NCBI GenBank assembly: GCA_047495785.1
Contig: JBLDXI010000029.1
Location: 620,001 to 684,000, forward strand
Length of the DNA stretch: 64,000 nt
Reading direction: 5' to 3'
From: Lepidodermella squamata
Taxonomy: Eukaryota; Animalia; Gastrotricha
Of this stretch, positions 12,685-24,056 are shown in pieces (the first letter of the stretch is position 1; every line of letters starts with the position of its first letter). The notes beneath the pieces were generated by a model, which saw only the letters and a list, made by a program, of their open reading frames with translations, was not told the DNA's origin and ran no database searches. The position numbers were made by a program, and so were the translations under genes.

Positions 12685-13682
12685 TTATTTCATACATTGG
12701 CTCATGCAGGATGCGTAAGTTTGAAATCCGTTGAGTACTACGCCACAGCAGGCGGCTACAAGGGAATAACAGTTTTTCGTAACGGAATCGTATTTGTAAA
12801 CATGCTTGCGGCATTCGTGGCAGCGACGATCGCTACCTGTCGCAAAGGCTATCATTACCGAACCAGTACATTGCTCACGAGTATCGTTGGTCTCTGTTTG
12901 GAAGAAATATCATGTTGACATCCTGGATTACTCGTCGTGAAGCAACATACCGTACTTGCGAACTAAAACACGTCGAGGCATGGTTGACAAGCTTGAGCTG
13001 TTTTGGCAAGCTTGCTCACAGCTAGTCTTTGAACAGAAATGGTTGCCCCAAACAGGGCATCCTAAGTCTGGTCTCTGTTCGCATCGTCCGGTTTGGGAAT
13101 TGAAAGCATAGAAAACATGACCAGGCAACGCTTTTTCGCGACTGCAAGCTCTGGGGAGGATGGGCTGTGAGCATCGAAGATCACTTACTTCAAATTTCGG
13201 AACGGCGTCCCGTTTCTGCGACCAAGGAATCGCTGAAATCAAGCATCTGCGAATCGCAAATTAGTCGTGCTCATTTTCAGGCCCGTTTGAGTTTATCGCG
13301 CGCAAATTATAGTCATTTGTCAAAATGTTAACTGTTGCTTGCTCGAATTTGATTTTGAATGCACGTATGCAATTTTCGCTTCAAATTTTCTAACCGAGGT
13401 TTTGATATATTGAAATTTCGCCGGGGGACTTTAAATTTAGCCGTTGTGATTCGTCGAGTGCGTGACGAAGCAATCGGAATGCTCGCTCAGAGGAAACTAA
13501 TGCGGGCTAGAATTTATGCGCTTATTTAAAAATTCATCAAATTGCGGGGTTGGAGCTTTAGAATGAGAGATTGGAATTTATTTGATGGGGTCTAACTAAT
13601 TTTCGATAAGTTGTTGAAATTTAGCTTACTGTGAAAAAGGTATCAACAGGCAGATTGTATAACTTGCAGCTGTCGTTCGCAT
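12685..13682 (-). CDS. Secreted double-Kunitz-like protein, paralog 3
   Basis: ATG at 13682 (MRTTAASYTICLLIPFS), exon 2 CLISAIPWSQKRDAVPKF..., exon 3 ends ASCMSQCMK*. Confidence 0.82.
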
Positions 13683-14596
13683 AATTCAGATTGTGAATTT
13701 TGAGATGGCTAGAAGTTAAATGAACAGAGAAGCGACTCGAATCTTACTACAAGTTCAATAACAAGCTCGAAATATAGAAAACTGATGACCCTTATGATTA
13801 GCTACGTCGTTGTTGTGATTTATGAGCAATATTTAATGGCCTTCTTGATCGCACCGCGTTCGCTAAAGTTGCAGAGATTTCTGTCCGAGTTTAAATTCAA
13901 ATTAGCCTTCTAAGGTCAACTTCAGAGTAGCCATGCTTTGTCAAGCGTTTAACTCGATCATTTTTCCTTGGGCTCCAGTCGAGATATCCTCTGTCAAACA
14001 CTAAACTCGATCATGCCCTTGGGCTCATTATTGTCATGATATGGTCATTATTAACCACTGCACACCGTAAGAAGATTTCTACTATAAAGGTCGAGGATTC
14101 AAACTTCAAATATATTGCAGGAGGTTTCAGCTTTTCGGGCAGATAAGCTACGAGTTTTAGCCTAAGTTCTACGAACCTATTATAGAATCTAGTACGTATC
14201 GTAATATTTTGTTATTCAATTTCTCAATTTTTTATTTATATGCTGGTGCAGCTTGTACAGCTCGCCGATTCGCGTTTTCGAGTTTTCTTTTACAACCCAG
14301 TGAGAAATTAGAGAATTTGCTGCAGCGGTGGGGGCTGATGAGCATCGCGATAATTAGCGTATCAATTTCACTGCGGAAGCTGGGGGCAAATTTCCGTCAA
14401 CAGATACGAGCGCAAAAAGGACGCAGACCGCGCGATAATCACGTTGGCCGATCTCCAGAGACAGTACACCGAATTCAACGACGCTGACGAATTGCGGTTA
14501 AAGTTAACCATTTTAGCAGAATCCTGGAGTATTAAGGATTAGGGACTACTGAGGCATATTCTATCGGGGCTACAAAGTGGTGGGATTTCAAGTACG

Positions 14597-14769
14597 CAGT
14601 GATGTACCCTGATTACCCGTCATCTGCGGTGGCGCACAAATCCTGACGGGAAATCTAGGCAGTTTTGCGTACAATTTCTCTTCGCAGGTCGAAGTCGTTC
14701 CTTAATTTATTACATGCCCCGATATCCCGTCGGAAGGGAATCTGCTGAAGGAGAATCGAGGTTACACTG
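14597..14769. mobile_element. Tc1/pogo-like MITE with about 60-bp imperfect TIRs
   Basis: The left arm is CAGTGATGTACCCTGATTACCCGTC...GACGGGAAATCTAGG. The reverse complement of the right arm is CAGTGTAACCTCGATT...GACGGGATATCGGGG. Homologous to 10852. Confidence 0.55.
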
Positions 14770-16836
14770 CTAGGTTTTATCATGTCTATCCGATGGTCAA
14801 TCGTTCATTTGAGTCTATCGTCTACAAAATATCGAAGATGCATTTTTGTCAGCGTTGAAGCTGCGTTGAAAGCTAAAAGACCCAATAATCAATAGACTGG
14901 TCGAGTGAACGGGTACTGTTGGAAAGCTGTCGTGAATGGTCAAACGCATATTCCGATAACGCTGGCTTTCTGGATCCATTCAGGATGGCCCCGTGAGAAT
15001 TGCTAGAAGCCGGACAATGCTCATACCCTAATGGCTTAAATACCGTATAGGCGTACAACATATACATGTCGAGTGATTTGCTATTTCTAGAGCTATCGCA
15101 TTGTACTCTCTAATGTCTTGCAGCTATAAGGCTAGCCTTGGAGTTTTGACTGTTGACAAACGAAAGCCACACCCATTTTGGCGAGACTCCTCTCAAAGCA
15201 TGAAATACATTGTTGGGTGATGCCATATTTTTGGAATCGCGCCTTCTGAACCATTGGTTTTTAATCAGGAAAATTAAAAACCATTTAGGTGACTTCTTCG
15301 GCGTTTCCCTCAGCCTGTTTTTCACATAATATTTCAATTTCACACGTTATTTTTTCTCGGCTGCCTTAAGATGCAAGAATCATTTGCATTAAGACAATTT
15401 TTCACCCAGCTATTCAGGTGCAATCGGTACGATAACCAGAGCGAGGCTCTTATCCGCGGACTGGGACGCAGATATACTCACTCCTGCAAAAAAAAAACCG
15501 AGACATCAAGTACGCCTATATGCGACGCCAGGATCCAGACGTTTGTAATCAACGCATATGCTATCACTATTTATGCATTTATGGCATGTCCATGCAAACA
15601 CACATCACATTTTTATATGCGTAAAAAACCCGTCGGTTTCGCTCCGTCATATTACTCACGCAGCATAACCATAACGCATTAATGCAAAGGTAGGTAGGTA
15701 TCTACATAATAATATTCAGGTCTGATAGCCGTCATTCAAGAGGAATTTCCAACCTCATGTGATGTATATAATATTTTTTTCTACACCCAATGTGACCTCT
15801 AGTCAAGATTGTAATTAGCCTACGCTAATAGCGTCACGCCATTCGATTAATTGAAATTAACGTGCATGGACGAACTCACGCTCGGTTTAGCCCCTTCATA
15901 AATTTACCCTTGGCACGCGGTGTACATATATCATTTGAATATATATTTTTACAGGCCTTTTTGATTCATAATTCCCCAAGGTTCTCCTCTGAATATTTCT
16001 ATGAAGAGAACATCAGGTAAACACGGCATTGTTCCTCGTAATAATAATATTATTATTTGGGACATCCAGTATCGCCGGCTAGAAAAAACGTCCCGCCAGG
16101 GCAATAATTTTTGAACTAATAAAACGAGAGTGGACTCATTAATATGTCTCCGGCTATTCACTATTTATCGAATTTTCCTGGATATAGCACGTTCCATTAG
16201 TCCATTAGTTGCGTGATTCAGGCGTTCTGCCAAATTTTAACAAAAAAACTAACTCAATTTTTTGCATCATCTTTATGTAATCCAGCTTACTATCCAAATT
16301 TTAAGCGTGCACCAGTATAATAAGGAAAACCTGTGAAAAGATTTATTTTTTCCTATTTCTTTATCCCAACTGCTAAAGCGTTTTTTAGGCGAATTTAGTT
16401 GCAACAGCTGGTCGCCATATTTACCTTAATGCCTGCTGAGATGATAAATTCTCAAAAAATATCATAAAAAATTATACCGCATATATTATATAGTGCAGTT
16501 CTAAAAGAATGTTAGTTTAACCAAACCTCATATACTGTTGGCCAGCTTCTGGGATTTTCGTTTTTCGCTTGTCAATATTTTTCAAAAAAATAGCTTCAAA
16601 AAAATGGAATACTCTTGTTGCCCAATTTTACCTGAATTAAATATTCTTCAAATTTGAGACAATCTGAACCCATTTTGAACCTAAATGCCGCGCATAATTC
16701 GCTAAAAATTAGGTCACGCAACACAGGTCTGAGGATGACTCATCTCAAGAAAATGGCGCCGACGCATTAATCATAATCCACTATCCATTCAACTTTTTTA
16801 GCGAAGCTATACACTGTATTACAGTTTTTTAAGCCA

Positions 16837-18179
16837 ATGAATACATCATCACAGCAACATAGCCGCGAATTGGGCCTGTTCTGGCAACAGGTAACCGGCC
16901 GCAATTTGCTACTCTGCTACGACGCTACAACACTATGCAAGGCGTTGAATGATCGCGAGATGCGATTCTACGCTGCCGTTCCACCTCAGTTGTTCGGCTT
17001 CGTTCCGGCGTGCTACGGCACGGTGGATGCCGCCTGGTTGCAAGACTCGCAAGGCGTCGCGCACATTGTCGCGTCGAAGCGGCGCCGCCTCAGCCCTACA
17101 AGCTCCGAAAAATCAAACAAAAATTGGACGCACAGTGTGAGCCAATTTTTACGATTTCAAGAATTTTTCGATTAATTTTGAAATTTGAAATTTTAAATTA
17201 AATTAATTTTTTGAAATTTTAAATTAATTGTTATTACATTGATTAAAAATTGAAATATTTTCAGCAATTTTTATATTTTATTTGGGCATTAATCGTTAAA
17301 AAATCATAATTTTCTTTGCCTCTGATTTCATTAATTGTATATTAATTTTAGGGCGTTCTTGACGTTACAAATGCTCAGCTACGTCGTGAAAATTCGCCAA
17401 TTCTTTGCCCCAATGCAACCCCAAGTGATTTTCGAATTCGATTCCACGACGACGCGATCGAAATCGAGCCACCCTCGAAAGCCAAACCTCAATCATCAGC
17501 TGTTAAAGCTCGTTCCACATCACTGCACCCGTGGTCTCTTGAACACTGCGCCGAAGAACTCAACAATTTACGGTTGAAAATCGCTAAAAATGGCACGCAA
17601 CAGTTTATTCTACTCGAAAATCTAACTCAGCGATTTTCACTGCCTTGCGTCCTTGATTTGAAGCTTGGAACTCGGCTGCACGGTGACGATGATAATGAGG
17701 CGAAAGTTGCCAAAAAAATCCTTCGTGCCAACTCGACCACGTCACGTGATTTAGGCGTTCGACTCAGCGGTATGGAAGTCTTCGATTCCGAATTATCGAT
17801 TTACCGAACCCGTGATCGATTTTACGGTCACAAAATCGATAACCGTGGCTTCGAGGCAGTGCTACGCGACTTTTTCCGCCAAACCCACCGAAGCGTGACG
17901 GTGTTGCTATTCCGGCAACGGCTTGAACAGTTAGCAGCGATTTTGCGATCAATCGAAGGCTATCGATTTTTCGCATGTTCGATTTTGCTAATCTACGACG
18001 CGATGAATCATAGCGAAATAGATTTACGCTTGGTTGATTTCGCGCACACGACATGCCCGGGTGATTCAGCTGCCGCTTATCAAGGCGCGGATACAGGGTG
18101 TCTACACGGCATTTCGAGCGTCATACGCATTCTGGACGCAATTTTAGCTGATGAAAGTGAAACGGACGATAGCAATTAA
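16837..18179 (+). CDS. Inositol polyphosphate kinase, IP6K-like (exons 16837-17136, 17352-18179; about 375 aa)
   Basis: IPK motifs: CKALNDREMRFY, HPWSLEHC, FILLENL, PCVLDLKLG (PxxxDxKxG), TTSRDLGVRLSGM, YRFFACSILLIYD, LVDFAHT. Confidence 0.9.
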
Positions 18180-18876
18180 ATCTTTGTGTAGAAAAATTGC
18201 TTTTTTTATCTATTACATGTGTCTACAATATGAAATTACGACCTTTACTGATGGAACGAGTGCTTTAGAAATTGAGGGTTGAAATAAAACAGACCACATT
18301 CGTGAAACATTCATCTTTCATTCAGCTTTTCTCATGTCCAACATCATTATTTTTTTCCTAATGTTCCTTTCAGCTTTTTCGAGGAAAACTCGCGATGAAT
18401 CATATCGGCAGTTCAAATATAAAGTGCTGCGCTACCCGATCTCTTTCTTTCATTCATCTACGATCTATGAAGTATGAATCATACTCAGGTTTGAGCCTGG
18501 ACTATCAGGGTTATACCGAGGATCCCTGAGGGAATAGCGATTAACGAGTCCTTTCTCTACGCTCCATGGTTCAATTTATCCAACTGATTCGCACGCCAAT
18601 GAGCAAAAATGTCCATAAGTCCATTTTTCAAGAATACATTTTTATTTAAATATGGTTTAAATTGTAGATGGTAAAAGTAAAATCAAGTGAATATGATAAA
18701 CAAAGTGGTGGAATAGAAAAATCAAGATAAAAATGAAGCACTGATTGTTAATTATTTGAACACGTAAGTAAAATATACAAGAACACAATACTGAGACGCG
18801 AGAAAATTGAGGCGATCGAATGAAAAAATTAAAAAAGAATCCATACAAAATGGTTGAAAATTGCATATTATCACTG

Positions 18877-19619
18877 TTACTTCATACATTGACTCTTGCA
18901 GGATGCGTAAGTTTGAAAGCCGTTGAGTACTATTCCACAGCAGGCGGCTACAAGCGAGTAGCAGTTGTTCGTAGTAGGATCGTATTTGTAAACGTGCTTG
19001 CGGCATTCATGGCAACCACGTTCACAACCGGGCGCAAAAGCAATCATGACCGGACCAGTACATTGCTCATTGGCATCGTCACTCTCTGAGAGACATATTT
19101 TAAGATCTTTATTTTCGAAATAACTGAATAACATACCATATTTGCGAACAAGAACACGTCGAGGCATGGTTAGCAAAGATTTGTTTCGGCAAGCTTGTTC
19201 ACAGCTAGTTTTCGAGCAGAAATGGTTGCCCCATTTCGGGCATCCCAAGTCTGGTCTCTGCTCGCATCGCCCGGTTTGCGTGTTAAAAGCATAGAAAACA
19301 TGGCCGGGCAACGCTTTTTCGCGACTGCAAGCTCTGGGGAGGATGGGTTGTGAGCATCGAAGATCAGTTACTTCAAATTTCGGAACGGCGTCCCGTTTCT
19401 GCGACCAGGGAATCGACTGAATCGAGCAACTGCAAAATAGATAGTTCGGAATGTTAGCTGACCATCGAATTGAGGGGACATGATAAGGGACCTCTCCATA
19501 GTCTTTATTTCACAGAGACGTCTTCAAACCCTTTCGTCCCGGTGATGAGTGTTTTCCTAGACCTACCTTGATAGGGTTGCCACCAAGCAGACTGTGTAGC
19601 TGATAACTGTCGCACGCAT
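18877..19619 (-). CDS. Secreted double-Kunitz-like protein, paralog 4
   Basis: ATG at 19619 (MRATVISYTVCLVATLS), exon 2 nearly identical to paralog 3, ends ASCKSQCMK*. Confidence 0.85.
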
Positions 19620-20554
19620 GCTTTCGCCGCTGATCTTCGATGGTCAGAGAGTTGAAAAAAATCATAAAATGATGCGAAATGGCTGTATAATTGTAGGCTT
19701 AAATGCAATGATTAGCTAGAAATATGAGTAAACTTATTACCATGTTTTTAACGAGATTGAATGTCAGACGTGATTGCATCGAAATTCCAGCTTCTAGAGG
19801 AAAGTCATCGAGTTCACCTTCTCGAGGTTGCTTCTTTTTCAAAGACTTTGAACGCCCCGCTGATAACTGCGATTGGAAAATCTTGACCAATTGCTGGGAT
19901 TCTCGCATCTTGCATGCCATTTTTGAGTAAGTATGTGTGTAAGAGTATTAACGAGAAGTAACCCATCTATTGTCGTTCTTTTTTCGCTGTTATTAACCTT
20001 GATCAACCTTGATACCGCTGGCATCAGAACACCTCGACTGCGACTCTACATGACGTTACCGCACTGCAAAATGCTTTTTCCCGGGCGACAATGCCCCAAA
20101 ATAATGATGGCTCCTTTTTGCTCCTTTCGTTACAAAATATTTTTCGCATGATTAAAATAGAAAATATTGGCGCGGCGAGTAACGCGCAGCCGTAATTCGT
20201 CTTTCGAGATCAGGTTACATGAAAAGCAGAACTAAGAATCATAACATCTTCAAAGACTTTGGATAAAAAGCGTGGACCACTTCAATTTTAACACAGGGCT
20301 GCTCAGTGCACAGGTTTTTGATCGGACGTTTTGAACAATAAGTTCATGCGAAACATCAGTGCTGCAACTTTGTAAAACTTCGGCTGGGCTCTGTTCCCCA
20401 GCCATGTTAAAGACAATTGTCGCACGCCGCATCTGTCATCATTAGTAATCTGATATAATATTGGGAGGTAAGTTTGCACTCGATGATTCGCCGCATATTC
20501 ATGAAGAAATGCTTCGGCCCATTTTATTGTACCTATCTTGTACCGCCTAGCAAA

Positions 20555-20705
20555 CCTTCATTAATATTTGCAGTTTCTCCCAGCCGTTGAATGAACGCGA
20601 TAATTAGCGATATATTGTGATGAAATTGTGTGCAAAAGTGATTGCCCCGAACATGACTGGTTCGCATTCACCAGAGTCTGGGTTGAAAAGCGTAGTAGTA
20701 ATTGA
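20555..20705 (-). pseudogene. Collapsed relic of the double-Kunitz family
   Basis: Out-of-frame fragments YYA/FNPDSGECEP, GNHFCT and FNG in family order. AAGTGATTGCCCC is identical to paralog 1. Confidence 0.6.
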
Positions 20706-21133
20706 ATCCAAGACAGACCGTGTGGTAACTACACTATTAGTCTGAAGATCTAAAGAGCTGTTATTTAGAGGCGGTCCGTTGTATTAGCCTTTACGAGGGT
20801 AAGAAGCAGCAGTGCGTTTTTTTAAAAACCAGTTGAAATAAGCCATTTCAGGTTTCTTTGCAAATTCACTTGGTAAGAGTAGCAACACACATTATTTGAA
20901 AGTGTTCGATCAATTTCACAATTTATTTCTTAGTCTCCTCAGTACTCTTAAGTTTGGTGCATCCACCCTGTTATCAATTTTTAGCAGATAGAACTGAATT
21001 CTCAACGCAATTAAGGAAAATGCTTGATTGATGAGGAAAGAAAATTCAATTATCTTGATTAAAAGTAGGTAAGAGAAAGAAACACACTTTGAACTAGATG
21101 TGATTTCAATGGTGATTCAAATTTCCCCGCAAA

Positions 21134-22083
21134 ATGAATTTGAATGCAGTCACAACGTGGAGAAATCTTGCATATCGTAGCTTGTCATCATCCGTGAGAT
21201 CGCTGATCAACGATGGAACGCAGTTTCAAGAAGACGAAACGGGGCCTATTGATCTGTCAATGTCCACCTCACTTGACCAACTTCATGCTGAGAAGCTTAC
21301 TCTCGAAGTGTTGAGCCAAAGCGCTTGTGACTTGCAGGTCAGGACAAGCAATGACAAAATCAGCGAATTTGCAGCCCAGTTGAATGATTACAACACCCTG
21401 AAGAAAAAGCTGGTTGATTTCAACGGGGATCTGGAGGAGATACGGCAAATGGCTGTAGGACTGCCTGATTTAGGTATAAGCATAGTCAACGCAGATCCTG
21501 AGGAGGATGTCATCAAGTTGAATGAATCTCAAGATCTCGAAAGTGAAAAGCCTGAACCATTCGTAAGTTTCACAATTTTCCCATTTCACGTTGGCAAAGT
21601 TTCTAATAACTATAGCTCAGTGAGTTTGATCCGGATAATATCTTCCACTTGATTTGTGCAATCGAAAAGAGTCTTGAAGCCACCAAACATCAATCAGGAC
21701 CGAAGATCTCAGATTTCCCTCCTATCGAAGATTTAGATGATTCCCGATGTTTACTCGAGGTTAGAATTCATGAAATTCTTGACCGCTTTAAAGGCAACGA
21801 ATTGCTGTTACTTCGCAATTTTTTACTTGGCGAAGCTTTATATCACCTCAAGTTGCTATTGAATCGCAACGAATTCGCCGCCTTCTTGCGAGGCGAGCTC
21901 AAAATGACCAGCAAATGGGTGGAGATGCTGATTGAGCTTTACGCATGTTACCTGGACTATCCAAAGTTGTTGCGATGTGACTGGTCTGTTCGTCAGGCTA
22001 ATTCATTGTCAGCCCACGTTCGCCGCGCTCTCCGCACAGGTTTCGGATCGTGCTGGTACAACAGGTTGACTAATTACAGCTGA
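21134..22083 (+). CDS. Uncharacterised protein of about 298 aa (exons 21134-21562, 21616-22083) with PIDLS motif, coiled coil and helical C-terminal domain
   Basis: Two long ORFs are joined in frame by a 53-nt GTAAGT..TATAG intron. AATAA-type signals lie downstream. Confidence 0.7.
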
Positions 22084-22240
22084 ACTGTATAAATAACTTT
22101 TGTGAAAGGAGCGATGGCACTAAAAGCAATTACTGCTCTGCTCTGTTTATTGTAGAACGCCGAATTGAATAAATTACTATTAAGAAAGCAAGCGAAAATT
22201 TGAATAAAATTACTAGCAGTTTTATTTTCCGTCGTTTTGG

Positions 22241-23086
22241 CTAAAATATTCTGCGAAATGTTCCGATTCGCTCGAAAAATTCGCCGCTGTTCAAAGGACT
22301 CGAGATATATTTAGAGCAGGTTTCTACGCAGTTTTCAAGGGATTCAAACACATTTGTGATTTTGCCGCAACCAATAACAGACTTTTCGCACTGGTGGCTT
22401 CTCGTGTTGAACCTGAAGACAGTTCTCGAGAACTTGCAGTCTTCCTCAGGGGGCTCGTAGAAAGATGGTCTCAAGCAAACGGTATCTGGAAAATATTAAT
22501 GTAATGAGCGTGGGATTCAAAGCTAATGTACCTCCCGTTCATTTTTTATCCATTTCTTGAAGGATTTCCCCAGCAGATTTACTAAAACAAGGGCTGGCAG
22601 GGTTTAAATCAGCGTGTCAGTTTTGTTGATATTCATTGGAATTAGAGTGAATTCTTAAAATTCTCTCCTTATATGGGATTCTTAGATGGGATTCTAATAG
22701 CAGAGAAAATTTTGAATTACCTGGAGCACTAGCAGCATTTACCAAGCCTCCGGCAGCATTTGAGCCCGTGATTTTGTCCAGCAAACCACTTTGCCACTGG
22801 CCATTGTTCTCGCAAACTTGTTGGCAACTTGCTAGGGACGAGAACCTGAACTCCTTAGCGTTGCAGCCTCCAAAAGCGAAAAATTTGCACCGACCAGACC
22901 TTGCATCAAACCCATACGCACCAAAACGTGCTCGACACGGTTCGATGCTTAAGCACTGCGAATGCATAATTTTTTTAAATTGGGTTAGTTGAAAAGAAAT
23001 ACCCGAAAAATTACCGATTGTGAAGCAGTAGCGGTAGCAAGTGAAAGAATGGATCCGGCTATTACCGCAAAGAGATAGGCTGTCAT
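22241..23086 (-). CDS. Secreted two-Kunitz-domain protein
   Basis: Signal peptide MTAYLFAVIAGSILSLATA. Domain 1: CLSIEPCRARFGAYGFDARSGRCKFFAFGGC..F.S...CQQVC. Domain 2: C...DCK....FRFN....QC.....GC...NVF..LENCVETC. Confidence 0.8.
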
Positions 23087-23593
23087 TTTACTTTTCTTGT
23101 TCGATGATCTTGTCTTTCAATTTTCAAAGATGAAACTGTTCGGTGCGCCTTGAAAATAGCCAAAGATTAAACGTGTACGCTGCGACAAGATATCATATTT
23201 TTTCAAGCCATATATGATTACCTTTCGATTTTTGAATCCTAATTTCTTCGATAGTGTAGGCGTCACTTGTTTACGGCATTTTTAATGTCCCTTGATTATT
23301 TGAAACCTCGCTGATGTAGCCACCTGTGCACCGGCCATTCGCTATAAGCAAAACTGCCATCATTCTAGATGAATTTCCGTCATAACCGGCGTCATCACAG
23401 GTATAATCGAAACGTCTTATCCAGTGTAAATACTATTTTTGTTCTCAAAAACGATAATCCCCCGTGGCGCAGCCGGTTTTTGAACACCACTTGAAAACAT
23501 GTTTTCTGATAAAACAAAAAGCGGTACATACAAGTGCCGCTTAGTCAGAAAAATAATAAAATAAAATAAAAAATAAAATAAAATAAAAACGTG

Positions 23594-23665
23594 TGCGTCA
23601 GCCGGGAGTCGAACCCGGATCGGCTGCTTGGAAGGCAACCATGCTGACCGTTACACCACTGACGC
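23594..23665 (-). tRNA. tRNA-Gly (TCC)
   Basis: GCGTCAGTGGTGTAACGGTCAGCATGGTTGCCTTCCAAGCAGCCGATCCGGGTTCGACTCCCGGCTGACGCA folds as a cloverleaf, with T-runs downstream. Confidence 0.95.
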
Positions 23666-24056
23666 CGCTTGTGTGAGAGCTATCTTATTTACTTTGTATA
23701 CAATCCACTGCGTCTATAAATGCAATAGTAGTAGCAGCACGTCCGGGCAAAGCAAAGTACTAGTGCGCTAGCTTTTATATCAGCTTCAGCTTGCCAATGA
23801 GCGTTGCTTTACATATGGATTGATCACATATCAAAATCGGGTAATAAAACAAGGGAAATAATGCAATGGATTATTTTATTCACTACTTCATCAACTCACG
23901 GCATTGATCAATGAGCACAACATGGTACCTAAATTGGTTACAAGCTTTCTTAAATCGTTATAAGATAACACAAGACATTTGAACAAACTAAAGAGGTAAT
24001 GTGGTTTGCGGCTCTCGTGAAGGTATAATAACGAGCAGCCTTGACATCGAAAAAAG

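Noticed and set aside
22532-22581. Apparent 50-nt cassette exon in the two-Kunitz gene
   Set aside because: Including it breaks the frame; direct splicing around it is in frame.
23417-23638. 73-aa ORF on the minus strand
   Set aside because: It overlaps tRNA-Gly and its T-rich terminator.
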